Both the position numbers and the translations under genes were made by a program. From Jimgerdemannia flammicorona (Eukaryota): a DNA stretch of 37,346 bases. Where the stretch lies: the NCBI GenBank assembly GCA_003990765.1, contig RBNJ01000191.1:1-37346 (forward strand), read 5' to 3'. The notes below the pieces were generated by a model, which did not search any database, was not told where the DNA came from, and worked only from the letters and a program-made list of their open reading frames with translations. The first letter of the stretch is position 1, and the number at the start of each line of letters is the position of its first letter. This document shows, piece by piece, positions 9,474-21,393 of this stretch.

Positions 9474-12374
9474 ATTGAGATATAGCTATCTTATTCTATA
9501 AAAGAATTACAGAGATAATTAATATCTTTTCTTTTAATAGAATTAAGAGTTTTAATAAAAATTAATAATATTATCTATCTTTTTATATACAAGTTATACA
9601 TATATCTAATAAAAGCTAAAATTCTTCTCTTAGTTTATATAATATAAGAGTCTTTCTTATAGATTTCTTTATCTGCTTTCTAATTTTTTATCTTATTATC
9701 TTTACTCTTAAATTTATATATTACTATTTTTTATAGAGATAAATCTTATTATTGATAGATTTATATAATAATTAAGATATTTTCTATAATAATAGTATTC
9801 AATTGCTTAAAAGTATTTTTTTTTTTATTAACTTTATTCTATTTGAAAAATCTATAGCTATTTATATTATATATAGTTAAAATAATAATAAGAGAGTATA
9901 TTACCATTTTGCAAGCATTTTGGTTACTTTTTGAAATATAGATAATTATATAATTATCTCTAAAGATACTAATTCTCATTATGATATACTATTGTTGATT
10001 TAGTATATAGTATTAATATGTATATAGTAGTAGTTTCTAAGTAGTATTTTCTATTTAGAAGATTAATTTTCAAACTTAGAATAGATAGTTCTATAGAGTT
10101 CTATTTTAGTATTCTATAATTCATTATTATTTTCTTCTTTTTCATCTATAGTAGACTCTTTACTACTAATATATTCTCCTTTTTCTTTTTTTTAATTTTT
10201 TAAAGTTAGATACTTTAATCTAATATTTTTTCTCTCTCTATAGTATAATAGTTGATTTAAATTAGGAATTATAATCAGATTAGTTACTTTTTCTATTATG
10301 TATCATATTTTGTAATATAGTATTCCAACTGTCTATAGTAGAGGCATTAGACTAATACTCTATCTTAGACTAGATATCTTCTTTCTTCTTATGGCTGATA
10401 GTCTCTATTGTCTCTTTGTAGATAGTCTTAGTTCCTTTATAGTATATAATCTCTGTTCTCTTATAGATAGCTCTGATTTTTTTAGTATATATAGAGTTTT
10501 TCAATTTGCCTAACCAGTTAGTCTAACTTAGAGTTGAGGTCTTGAATTTATTTCTCTCTTTTTTCTACTTTTTGACTAACTTCCTTCTTTTGGTTTTCTA
10601 TATTCTTGAAGAAGTTCTTATAGGATTTTAACTAAGAGATCTTCTTTGTCATCTTTCTTATTAGAATTACTCCAGATAATTCCTTATCTAATATTGAAAT
10701 ATCCTTAAGCTATATCTACTTATTCTTCAGATCTTACCTAGAGTATAGATATACTAAGTGATATTTAGAGGAATTCTATTCATAAGAGTCATTAGACCTA
10801 TAATAATCTGATTAATAATATTAAACCTAGCTGTATATATTCTTTTCTGAATTCTGGTAAATAATACTCTCAGTAATTCTCTGAGATTCATCTTCATCCT
10901 TATAATAGATTCTTAGACCTTATAGTCAGTTATATTTTCTGCATATTTTTCAATATATTAGTAGATTATAACTTCATATTTCTTCATTCTACAATACTGC
11001 TATCTGAATGGCTGTTCTAAGGTCTGTATATTATTTACTACTCAGTTAAAAATTTCTTTAACTTGTTCTCTAAGTTAGACTGAAGATAGTAATCTTTCTC
11101 TAGGCAGTGAGATTTTTTAGAGCTATAATTCTTTTAATTCTATTAAGAAAGTCTCTTGAGTCTTCTTTTGGAAATTCTGTAAGGTTAGTATTAGAGTGGT
11201 CATTTCATTATTACTAGAGCTTAGGATACTTGAATATTCTGAAGATAGATTTATTGATCTTGAGTAAAATATAATAGATCTGAGTATCCTCAAAGAGGCT
11301 ATTTCTAATCCTTTTAGTTCTGTAGTTGCTAGTTCTAGTAGTGATTTGATAGGAGAGACTAATAGAGCTCCTAAGGAAAACTGTATTTGTATGATGAGGT
11401 TTTTTAATTCTTATATAAGCTTATTAAAGTTTTAGATAGAGTTAATTGATCTAATTAGGTTAGATCTTCTGTAATAAGTCTGTTGAAACTGATTGAGAAT
11501 TCTGTATTATACTGATCTCTTGTTAGAATCTTTCTGATACTGGATAGTTAGTAAGTCTTAAGAGAATTATTTCTCTTTTTGTCCAAATACTAACAATAAC
11601 TCATTCTTCTATAATAGTAGAGATTGATACTATATCAAATGTATCCAGTTTGACTATTGAGTTTTTGTAAGCTAGAAAGTCATATAGATTTAGAAAATCT
11701 TCCCAGTTGAGCCCCTAAATATAATATACTAGCTCAATAGAGACTAATATAAATTTATTAGAATATGGAGAATAGAGAAAAGTAGCTGTATTGATTTTTG
11801 ATTGCATGTATTTTTATATATTGAGTAATATAGATCAAAGAAAATATATTTCTAAGAATATGTCTAAGTCATATTATTAAGATATAATATATTACAACTT
11901 AGTTGGGAATATAGAGTAGAGAGAAGAGAGTTTGGTTTATTATTCCAGTTAGTATATATTTATACTTTGAGTATTATAACTAAAGATGATATAGTTATAT
12001 ATAAGCCATATTATCAAGATATCAAAATAATAAGAATTTCAATACTCCTGCTCAACAAAGTAATATACAAGAGCAGAAATATGAAAATATAATAAAACTA
12101 ATTAATAACAACAAAATGACTCTAAATATACTCAAATAATATCATTTATCTATACTTAAAGTATAAGAAATTGTAGTGAAAAGGAAAGATATAGATAGAT
12201 CTCAATGATAGAAAAACTCAAGAAAAAAGAAAGAAAGAAAGATACAATATAATACTTAAAAAGAGAGTTATTGAAATATGTAATATATTATTTTTTTGCT
12301 TCTTTTTCATTATAATATATCTCATAATTACTTATTACTGATATATAGTTCAATTACTGATATATAGTTTATTA

Positions 12375-13924
12375 TAAGACTCATTTCTTTAGTATATTAC
12401 TTGAATTTTAGTTTCAGAAGAACTTTAGTAAGTAAATTTATAATTATATATTCCATAGAGATATATTCAAAGTATATATCTCCATTCTCTATATATTAAT
12501 ATGTTTAGTTCTACTGTAATAAATATAGTTTTTTACCATAGCAATTATAGACTAGTTATTCAATAAATGAGTATAGAGTACCATTTCTGATTAAAGCTAA
12601 GTTTCTTTAATATGTAGCTGATATAGTCAAATGACTTCCTTTATTACTATAAACAATACTTTGTACTCTGCTTGCATAGATGATATTACTGCTAAGCTTA
12701 ACTTACATATTTATCACAAAACAACTTCTTTATCATTTAACTGAAAGAAGTGCTCAGTTATAGATTGGTAATCATCTAAGTCTCTGATCTAAGCAGAAAT
12801 GCACATACTAGATAATTATATACTATTCTTATCATTATTATTATTACTCTTATTCAATCTACTGAGAGTGAGTATATAGTATATCATTTTTTTAATATAT
12901 ATAAAAATCCTCTTAATAGTACTTCAATATAAATTATTATAGTATAATGAGTACTATACTACCTTATTTATAGTATATGAGATTTCAGGCCTTATTCCGA
13001 ATATAAGATATATGAGAGAACTAACTACTTATTAATAGGGAATATTGGTGTAGTTTTTTCCTCTAGTATAGTATTAGACTTTCTTAATTTTACTGAAGTT
13101 TCTATAAGAGTGTTTACAGGCTTACATTTACTTATATTGAATTATTTAAGGATAGTTTGGATATATATTAACTATAAGAGATATATAGTATATATGCTTT
13201 TATTATATATAATAGATATCTCTAAAGAAAGAATATATCACTCATATCTATCATGTTGAATTCCTTATACAGGGCTTCTTTGACTTTATTAAGCTTGCTT
13301 TTTATTATAATAATAATTATATCATCCATCTATATGGCTATAAATGCTACTCTGTTAGTATAGTATTGAATATATATATAATTATATCCTTTACAGCATG
13401 TGCAGTCATTGTTAAGAAGATATTTATTAATTTTTCTATTCTACAAATGAGATACTTGCTTGATGTCATATAATCTTTTGAATAGTTTATATACTAGATC
13501 ATCATTCTGATTATTGTATTCTTGTAGCTAGTGAATATATAGCTTTGTATCTATATTGCTATTGAGAAAAGCCATCTTTATATCAATTTGATAGATTTCT
13601 AAATTATGTATAGTACTGATTATAAGAAGTATCCTTAGTCAAGTATGCTTGAATACTGATAAAAATGTCTCATCATAGTCTATACTATAATCTTACAAAT
13701 AACCTATAGAAATGAAATAAACTTATACTGTCCTATACTTTTATTACTTTTATACTTAATTTTATAGACCTAATAAGATTCTATAACTTGTTAATTGATC
13801 AGAAGAAGTACTGGATCCTACATATCATTCTTAATAAGTAAATTATACTCTTCATCTATAGCTTACTTCTATTGATTGTTATTAGGAAAAATTATCACTT
13901 TATTATATATACTTAGCTCATAGG
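12375..13924 (-). pseudogene. Copia RT-RNase H segment
   Basis: 'RILLIISTIHNLEIYQIDIKMAFLNS' (cf. QMDVKTAFLNG), 'AI*MDDIII' (YVDD), 'VISSMQAEY', 'INLLTKVL' (ADLLTKAL). Confidence 0.88.
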
Positions 13925-13934
13925 TAGTACTCCA

Positions 13935-14205
13935 AACAAGTCAATTTGAATCAAATCTAGATTTAATTCATCACATAATAGTTTAATTCAAATCTCAAAT
14001 CTGAAGCTATCCAAATCAACTCAGATTAATCCAAATCACTCAATCTGAATCACTTAATCTGAATTACTCAATCTGAATCACTCAATCCAAATCCTCCAAT
14101 TTGAATCCTCCAATTTGAATCCTCCAATTCAAATTCTCTAATTTAAATCCTTCAATCCAAATTCTCATCTGAATCCTTCAACTAAATCCTCCAATCTGAA
14201 TCCTC
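13935..14205 (+). repeat. Left subterminal array, ~13-14-bp units (AATCYGAATCMCTC-like)
   Basis: Directly visible tandem degenerate units. Confidence 0.85.
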
Positions 14206-14379
14206 TACATGTCTTATATGCTGGACACATCTATATATACAATATACATACATCCAAACATATGCATGCACACACAAATATACAAACATATATATCAATA
14301 GATCAGTCTTCAACAATTCACAGTACTGAAGATACTTCAAGTTAAATATCCCTGATAGTTCCACACCTTCTATGCAATC

Positions 14380-16866
14380 CTTGCTCCAAAATCTGACAAT
14401 ATTGTGCTAAAATAGAAGATGATATTGTTTATAATTATTGTAGGTAAAAAATTAAGATGAACCTATTGATATAACTGACACTTTTGTTTGACACACATAT
14501 GATACTGTTTCATCCACCTCCATAAACTACACCAGCTAGAAGTTCAAAATGCTTGATGGTATGACTTTGAATATATATTAATACATAAAAGACAAGTACT
14601 CTAACAAAATCAAAAGAACATGGAGACAAATAAAATTGACATCCAAGCTATGGTAGGTATATTTATCCAATTGCCTGACCATTTCTGTACCAATAACCCT
14701 ATTTAATTAAAAATATTTAGTCATACTCTTTAGTAGAATTTAAAAATCAGTTTATTTACTAAATTATATATACAGACCAGTCATTCACAATCATTGAGAG
14801 TGACCAATTGCATAGTATCTTTGGCCTCCTCAAGTATTATTTATATTTGCCAAGTACTGATACTATTTACAAAGATATCCTGAAGGTCTATAGGAAGGAG
14901 CATGACAACCTCCACCAGATACTTTAGGTAAAATAAGTATAGCACTATAACCTTTACAAGCTGAATTATTTATATATTTTTATAAAGAGCTCACTAATGT
15001 AACCTTACATTTAATAAGTAGAATTTGGCAGGCAAAATTTCATTTATGATCAACATGGATATCCTTCTATGCAATTTCATTTCTGGGCATTACCAGTTAT
15101 TAGATAGACCTCAATTGATAGCTTAAATCTCTCACCCTTGACTTTATCAAACTTGCTGGCCCTCATTCTGGAGATAATATTGCAGATACTTTTATTAGTT
15201 ATATGTATCTGAGAGCTTGGGATTACAACCAAGATAAAAAAGGGGGGCTTGCTGTCAGGTTGACATTTTGAGAGAGGTTCTAAAACAAAATAGATTTTAT
15301 TGATTATTTATTTTCACATAAATTTACCAACCAAATATTTCAAGTACAGATTTTGGCCATTATGATGGACAGTATTACAAACAACTCAATATTTTTCCAA
15401 GTTTTAGCAGCCAGCCTCAAACAGGAAAATGTGGTCTTTAGTGCAGAAAGCTGCCATATGTAATACCAGGCCCACATACTGAACCTCACTGTTCAGGACT
15501 ATCTTATATATATAGACAAAACATCTGAGAGAGGAGGGGCTCTGAGTATAATTTTCAAGCTATACAAACTGGTTGTATCAGTCCAATCATCTCCACAATA
15601 ATGAGACAAATTCACTGTACAATGTAGGGCAATCTGAAAGAGCTTATATTGGACATCTGTATATATTGAAACTCAATATTTGCAATGATCTAATGTACAC
15701 TAGAGTTTGCTGTAGTATTCATTTGTTTTTTTCTTCAGTCAGCTGAAGCAACTTATTTTGGATAATTGAAGATTTTTTTTTTTTTTAAAAAAAAAAAACA
15801 AAAAAAGCCAATAGATTCAACAGTGGCTACCAATAAGGAAATATAGGGTGAGGCTCTAGGTGAAAGTGAGTGGGATGTACTTAGGAATGTTATCAGAGTT
15901 TTAGAAGTAAGTAATAATTACTCTAGCTTCATACTTATTTTGTCTGCCTCTACACAATACAATACCTCACTATATATAACTGCCAGTGTTTCAATGATTG
16001 TACAAAGGATATAGTCAAACAAATGACCCCAACAATAAGCTTTATAATATCAGTATATAACCTTCTGATTGACTGGCTAGAGGACAAGCTCAAGGATAGG
16101 CTAGAGGGTTGCAGTGATTTATAGTTAAGTCTGGATCAGAAAGATGTCATGAAGGTTGCTCTAAGCAAGCTCAGAAAATACTACTCCAAAATGGATATCA
16201 CCATATACTCAATTAGTATAGATATGTCAGCATATGGCCTTTGCTCCTAATAAAACAGAGAACCCCTTGCAAAAACTCACTCTCTTTTCTTCAAACAGTG
16301 CTGGACCCATGCTTAAAGCTACAATACTATAAAGATCAGGGCTGGGAGCAGCACTTCATTGAGAGAACTAAGCAGACTATAATTGAAGTATACTAGAAAA
16401 ACTATGTGCTGCTGCAAGGTTCCAGCTAAAGTCCAGATAAATATGCTGAGGGATCTCTCTTGTCTCATATTTACTTCAGCAGAAAGAGGGAGAGGGAGCC
16501 ATCAGTAGAAGAGCTGCTGTCAATAGATGAACTTACCATTTATCTCACCAGCAACCATGTGATCCTGCTGGAGAATATGGAGATACTCAACTGGTAGAAA
16601 GTGGATTGTCAGATAGGCATTGAGCCAATTTAATCTACCAATCTAACCACTGCTCTATCTACCAGGGTATGTAGCTGCATCAAACAGACTTCCCCAGCCT
16701 GTGTGGTATAGCTCAGGACTATCTAGTGATGTCTGCCTCCAGTGCTCTCATTGAGCAGGTGTTCTCAGATAGGGTGGACCTCATTGCTTCAGAGAGGTGT
16801 GTGCTAAATACTGAGACAATCTAGATATATATATATCTGAAGTCTTAGTGGGGCTTGGACTGCTAA
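14380..16866 (+). pseudogene. Intron-containing hAT transposase, inactivated by point mutations
   Basis: 'AIMMDSITNN' (TTDNASN), 'YQAHILNLTVQD' (CxxH), 'LDICIY*NSIFAM' (TRWNST), 'VLDPCLK' (LDPRFK), and the C-terminal dimerisation domain 'FPSLCGIAQDYLVMSASSALIEQVFS...ETI...LKS*W'. The start is approximate. Confidence 0.92.
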
Positions 16867-17019
16867 AATTTGGTTAGTCCTCAGAGTTCACAGATAAGTT
16901 AGTTGGTTTTGTGGAATATTTAATACCTTTCCAAAATAAAAAGAAAAAAAAACCTGAGGACTTGGCTCAGAGTTTATAGCCCAAGGGGAGCAGTGGTCAG
17001 TGGGGTTGGTGGCAGTAGA

Positions 17020-17525
17020 GGGAGCATATAAAATTTATGGCCCTCTGCTAGTAGCAAGAGGCAGCTCTAAGCTGTCAGTGCTTGGATCAGTAAATAGATC
17101 AGTGAGCATGAGGTCAGTGAAGAGAGTGCACAAAATTTGTAGCCCTCTGCCAGCAGCAAGGGGCAGCCCTAAGCCATAAGTGTCCAGGACAGAGAGTTGG
17201 CAGAGGGGGGGGGGTAGGCAGAGAGAGCATGCAAAATTTGTGGCCCTCTACCAGCAGTGAGGGGCAGCCCCAAGCTATCAGTGAGCAGGGTCAGTGGGTG
17301 GGATTGATTGGTGGAGTTGATGGGTACAGGGTCAGTAGAGAGAGTGTGCAAAATTTGTGGCCCTCCACCAGCAGTAAGGAGCAGCCCCAAGCTGCAAGTG
17401 TCTAGGACAGGTGGGGCTCTCCCCAGCAGTCTGTATCTAGGCCAAGGATCAGCAAGGTTGGCAGAGAGAGTGTACAAAATTTGCAGCCCTCTGCCAGTAG
17501 CATAGGGGCAGCCCCAAGCCACCAA
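17020..17525 (-). repeat. Five ~55-bp conserved units with variable linkers; probably coding (LGLPLxAGRGPQILHxLS)
   Basis: AAAATTTGTGGCCCTCT...GCAGCCCCAAGC at 17030, 17132, 17233, 17350 and 17476 (spacings 102, 101, 117, 126). Confidence 0.8.
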
Positions 17526-17540
17526 GGAGTCTGAGTCTAG

Positions 17541-17700
17541 GTTGGAGGGTGCTTCTGGTAGTCAGAGGGTGCTTCTGGCAGTCAGAGGGTGCTTCTGGTG
17601 GTCAGAGGATGTTTCTGGCAGTCAGAGGGTGCTTCTGGCAGTTGGAGGGTGCTTCTGGTGGTCAGAGGACATTTCCAGCAGTCGGAGGGTACTTCTGGCA
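17541..17700 (+). repeat. 20-bp tandem repeat (GTCAGAGGGTGCTTCTGGCA)x8
   Basis: Directly visible; units 3-5 and 6-8 hint at a 60-bp higher-order period. Confidence 0.95.
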
Positions 17701-17879
17701 GTCAAAGTCCACCACAGATTCGGACCCCATTGCCAGTTTGGGTCCCATAGACACTCTGGCCCTGCACTGCAGTGCTGCACCAGTGGCACTACAAGAGCAG
17801 GACTAAGGAGCCAGTAGGGCCCAGCATAATGGCTAAACTAGTACTGTAGAAGAGATATTTGGCTGCTAGCCCAACTCAC

Positions 17880-19180
17880 ACAAAATGACTGCCAGACCCT
17901 TACAAAAAATTGCTTAACCCTCATAAAAGATTGTCTAACCCTCACAAAAGATTGTCTAACCCTTATGAAAGATTGCCTAACTCTCACAAAAACTGCTCCA
18001 CCTGCTGGTCCTAGGCCTTGATAAGCCTGTCATCTATTGTAAGTATGACAACTGTTGTGTCCAAGCTCTCCTTGAAGGTGATGGTACTGTGGTGGTTGTG
18101 TGATTAGAATAGGATGGCTGTGTTGGCCACAAATGAGACCCTGAAATCATAGGTGAGGTTGTACCAGACTCTGCCACTATCCTTCCAGATTGGGCCCTTC
18201 CTTTTCGGAATATAGAACATTACCAGAGTGATGTTGTTATCTGTATGTGTGGGCAGAGAAATGTTGCACCCAATGTATCCTGATGTGACATGAGCATATG
18301 GTTGGGTGAACCCTTTGCCCAGGACCTTGTACTGCCAGGCTGTACTGGTGGATGCCTGTCCTTGGTCCAGCCCTGGGAGCCCTGGCTTGGAAACCTATCA
18401 GACAGATGGCATCCAGTCAGTCCTTTTCATATACAGGGGGGCAGAAACTACACCCAAATAAAGCAGAGCTCCTCACCTCATATGGCATGCTAAATTGTAT
18501 CAAGAATGTACATATAGTTATGCCAAGATCACCACTAAGCTAGTTTGCCATATGCTCTACTAATCTGCTCAAAGAACCCTAGATCATAGCTAATATCACT
18601 ATACAGGCCATGTTATGCTTGTATGCAGTTTGCTCTTTGATGGCACTTCTAAAGTTCTAGTAGAGGTACAGAATCTTGTGCATCTCTGAAATTATATCAA
18701 AAAAGAGTATATTGGCAAAGAGTGTAATTATCTAGAGAGGAGTAAAAAAAAGAGAGACAAGTGTAGGGGATTTTGAAACTTCAGAACCCACTCTTTGCCA
18801 ATGTTGCAGTATACCCAATTTCTATCCAAACCCCCCCTCCTTGCTTTTTTCACCCCCTCTTTTCTACTATCTGATATTTGATGCAATCCTTGCAAATCTT
18901 ATTACCATAGAGGTTCCTTACCACCATTACAACTATCTCTCCACATTTGTTAATAATGATATAGTTCTCTTCATCATTAGTTACTCCTGCTGGCCAATAG
19001 ACCCCTTGGTCAAGAACAATTGGCTCTGATTTGAATGTAGACCTCCAAGTCTTGATGATAATACTAGTACTGCAAATGCTAAACATCTTGCCCTTGAATT
19101 TCTCTATTTGATCAGATGCCAGATATGGTTAAACTTGGGTAACTTTGAACTCTCCTTTCTAATAGAACTGAGCTCTGATC
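17880..19180 (-). pseudogene. hAT cargo gene: spliced TET/JBP-like 2OG-Fe(II) dioxygenase candidate (further exons probably extend to ~19850)
   Basis: The exon from 18394 reads 'VSKPGLPGLD...PYAHVTSGYIGCNISLPTHTDNNITLVMFYIP...DSGRVWYNLTYDFRVSFVANTAILF*SHNHHSTITF...VVILT'. A clean 82-nt intron lies at 18476-18395 (GTGAGG...CTGAC...ATAG). Upstream in-frame exons lie at ~18685-18477 and ~19180-18854. A 21-bp (heptad) repeat at 17898-17995 continues the frame. Confidence 0.65.
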
Positions 19181-20099
19181 TAAGAGGCCAAGATAAGTAT
19201 ACAGATGGGTTACATGTGGGTGTGGGTGTTTTTTAGGAGGAGACCATATAAAAATAAAGTTAAATAAAACACAGAGATGGGTATTTCAAAAAAAGAGTAT
19301 GAGTGAGTGAGTGAGTGAGTTGTATACCAATAAGTTACATACTGATGAGTTGCACAAGTTGCACAAGTTGCATAAGATTACTCATAAAGGCTTACTTCTG
19401 TTCTTTTTGAGACCTCTGCTATACAATGCATTAACTCAACAGCTCAGCCACCAAAGGTATGCCCTGCAACATCCACCAGCCTTTCTTCATCTTAACTAGA
19501 TATTGTGAATAAAGTCAGTTGATCTCACTATAGAGCTGTAGACCCTAAGAAAAGCTTGAGATAAGAGTCATATTGGGAAAATTTAAATAAACACAAGTAA
19601 ATAAGTAGTAGCAGAGTGAGTAACTTATATCTACTATCAGCTACTCTAAAAAGGCTACTATATACATAGCTGTGAGGTCTGTGAATTTCGAGATCTGAAG
19701 GACTGCCATGAGTTGTTGGCAGAAATCTCTCTTATCCCACCATTGCCACTGTCATCACCATTGCCATTGCCCCTTTGGCTCTCAATGAGCAGCTTGTGTG
19801 CTGTCTATATAAGAAAGAATCTAACATTGTCAGCTGAGAGTATATTTCTATCTTGAATACTCTCTCTTTTGACAATCATTATAGGGTAAAAAATGAGTAG
19901 ACTGGACTAATATATAATTAAGAGCTGCTGTTTTGTTTGCTTGTGATGTGGCAGGAAAGAAAAAAGAACAAAGAAAGAGAATAAAGAAAGAACAAAAGAA
20001 GAGAGGGAACAAAAGAAAGGGTGATGTCACCAAAGTATAGCAGAAAAAAAAAACCAAGAGTGAAAATGAACAAAAGAAAGAGTAATGTTACCAAAGATT

Positions 20100-20290
20100 T
20101 CAATCCAGATAGATCAATCTAAATGGATCAATCTAGATCAATCCAGATGAATCAATCCAGATGGATCAATTCAGATGGATCAATCCAGATCAATCCAGAT
20201 CAATCCAGATCAGATCATGAGACCAATCTGAGTTGATTCAAATCCATCACATGATAAATCTGAATTAAATCTCATCCAGATCAACTCCAT
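20100..20290 (+). repeat. Right subterminal array (GATCAATCCA / GATGGATCAATCCA units)
   Basis: Directly visible, adjacent to the right TIR. Confidence 0.85.
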
Positions 20291-20305
20291 CTGTTTGGAG
20301 CACTA

Positions 20306-21393
20306 CTCATAGAAAGTTATAATAAATACATATTTATATACTTCAGCATATCTTAAATAGTTCTGATATTATTATTCAAAACTTACTAATATATCTAAAT
20401 AATATCCTAAATTGGAATAAGTCTCATTTCTGAGCTTATCCTTTAGCTTTTTCTTACTCTTAATAAACTCTTTATTGTCATCAGTCTTGCCATCCTTAAT
20501 CTTTATTATTCTTAGCTCAGATAACTCTAACTTAGATATATATAGTAGTTGAAAATAATTTTGCTTTATCAGAGAGATTGGTATTAGATATTGTACTGAC
20601 TGAGATATAGATATTGAAGTAGATATTAAAGTAGAGATTCTGACAGATATATTCATATAAATCTCTTTATTATTTCCTTTTTCATTATATTGCATATTAT
20701 AAAAGATTACTAAATAATATTTGTCTAGATCTTAGAGTTAATATATCTTGTCAGAATACTCAAGAAATAGGTACTTACTGGCTTTTAGCTCAAACTTATA
20801 CTAATTAGTATTATACTTATTGAGAATATATATATTGCATTCAAATATATATAGATGAAATATATCTGATATCATTCCACTCTACAACTCTTTAAGAGTA
20901 AAATTATAATTATTTCTAGATTACTTATTATTATTATTGCCAGATTCTTTATTCAATACTCAAGATATACATTAGTTATATATATATACTACTGTATTGA
21001 TAACCTCAGCTCAATAAGAATATAATAGTTTAGTTATATTAATTAACATATATACTATTTATATAGTTATATATATAGTTAAAATGCTTGGCCATATCAT
21101 TCTACTATAGTATATATAGTACTGTTATCTAATGATATTTACTGTATTTTCTCAGATACTACTTAAATATACTATTAATATATTTATATCTATTATCTGA
21201 GTATATAGTATATATTCTATATCTTGTATTATTTTCTATAATTGCTTTTAACTCTTTGAATTTCTCTAAGACTTTGCTCTATACTGATAAGAAATATACA
21301 TATATCTTACATATATAGTTATCAATAAATATGATAAAATATCTCTTCTCTCTATAGGAAGTAATATATATCAGATTATATATATCTATATAG
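20306..21393 (-). pseudogene. Copia integrase core and linker segment
   Basis: 'NDMAKHFN' (NGMAERFN), 'Y*AEVINTVVY' (WAEAVNTAVY), 'KFELKASKYLFLEY' (KxxPKAxKCxFLGY). Confidence 0.85.

Larger units (their letters stand above)
8420..11870 (-). mobile_element. Heavily eroded relative of family B (LTR end/PBS ~11720, gag, C-terminal accessory domain); boundaries approximate
   Basis: The reverse complement of 11545-11745 matches 22865-23060. The reverse complement of ~9600-9790 matches 26215-26410 (e.g. AAAGACTCTTATATTATATAAACTAAGAGAAGAATTTTAGC vs AAGGACCCTTAAGATCTATAATCTAAGAGAAGACATCCTAGC). Confidence 0.7.
13925..20305 (+). mobile_element. Full-length hAT DNA transposon (6381 bp) with transposase and convergent cargo gene
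   Basis: TIRs TAGTACTCCAAACA / TGTTTGGAGCACTA; 8-bp TSD CTCATAGG (13917-13924) / CTCATAGA (20306-20313); subterminal repeat arrays at both ends; copia coding sequence continues on both sides. Confidence 0.95.

Noticed and set aside
15773..15800. Poly(T)-poly(A) palindrome resembling a terminator or hairpin
   Set aside because: These are simple homopolymers within a probable transposase intron, with no further support.
17020..17525. CRISPR-like pattern of conserved repeats with variable spacers
   Set aside because: The context is eukaryotic with no cas genes. The units are degenerate, the linkers resemble each other and the spacing is mostly in multiples of 3, so a coding or minisatellite repeat inside the hAT explains it better.
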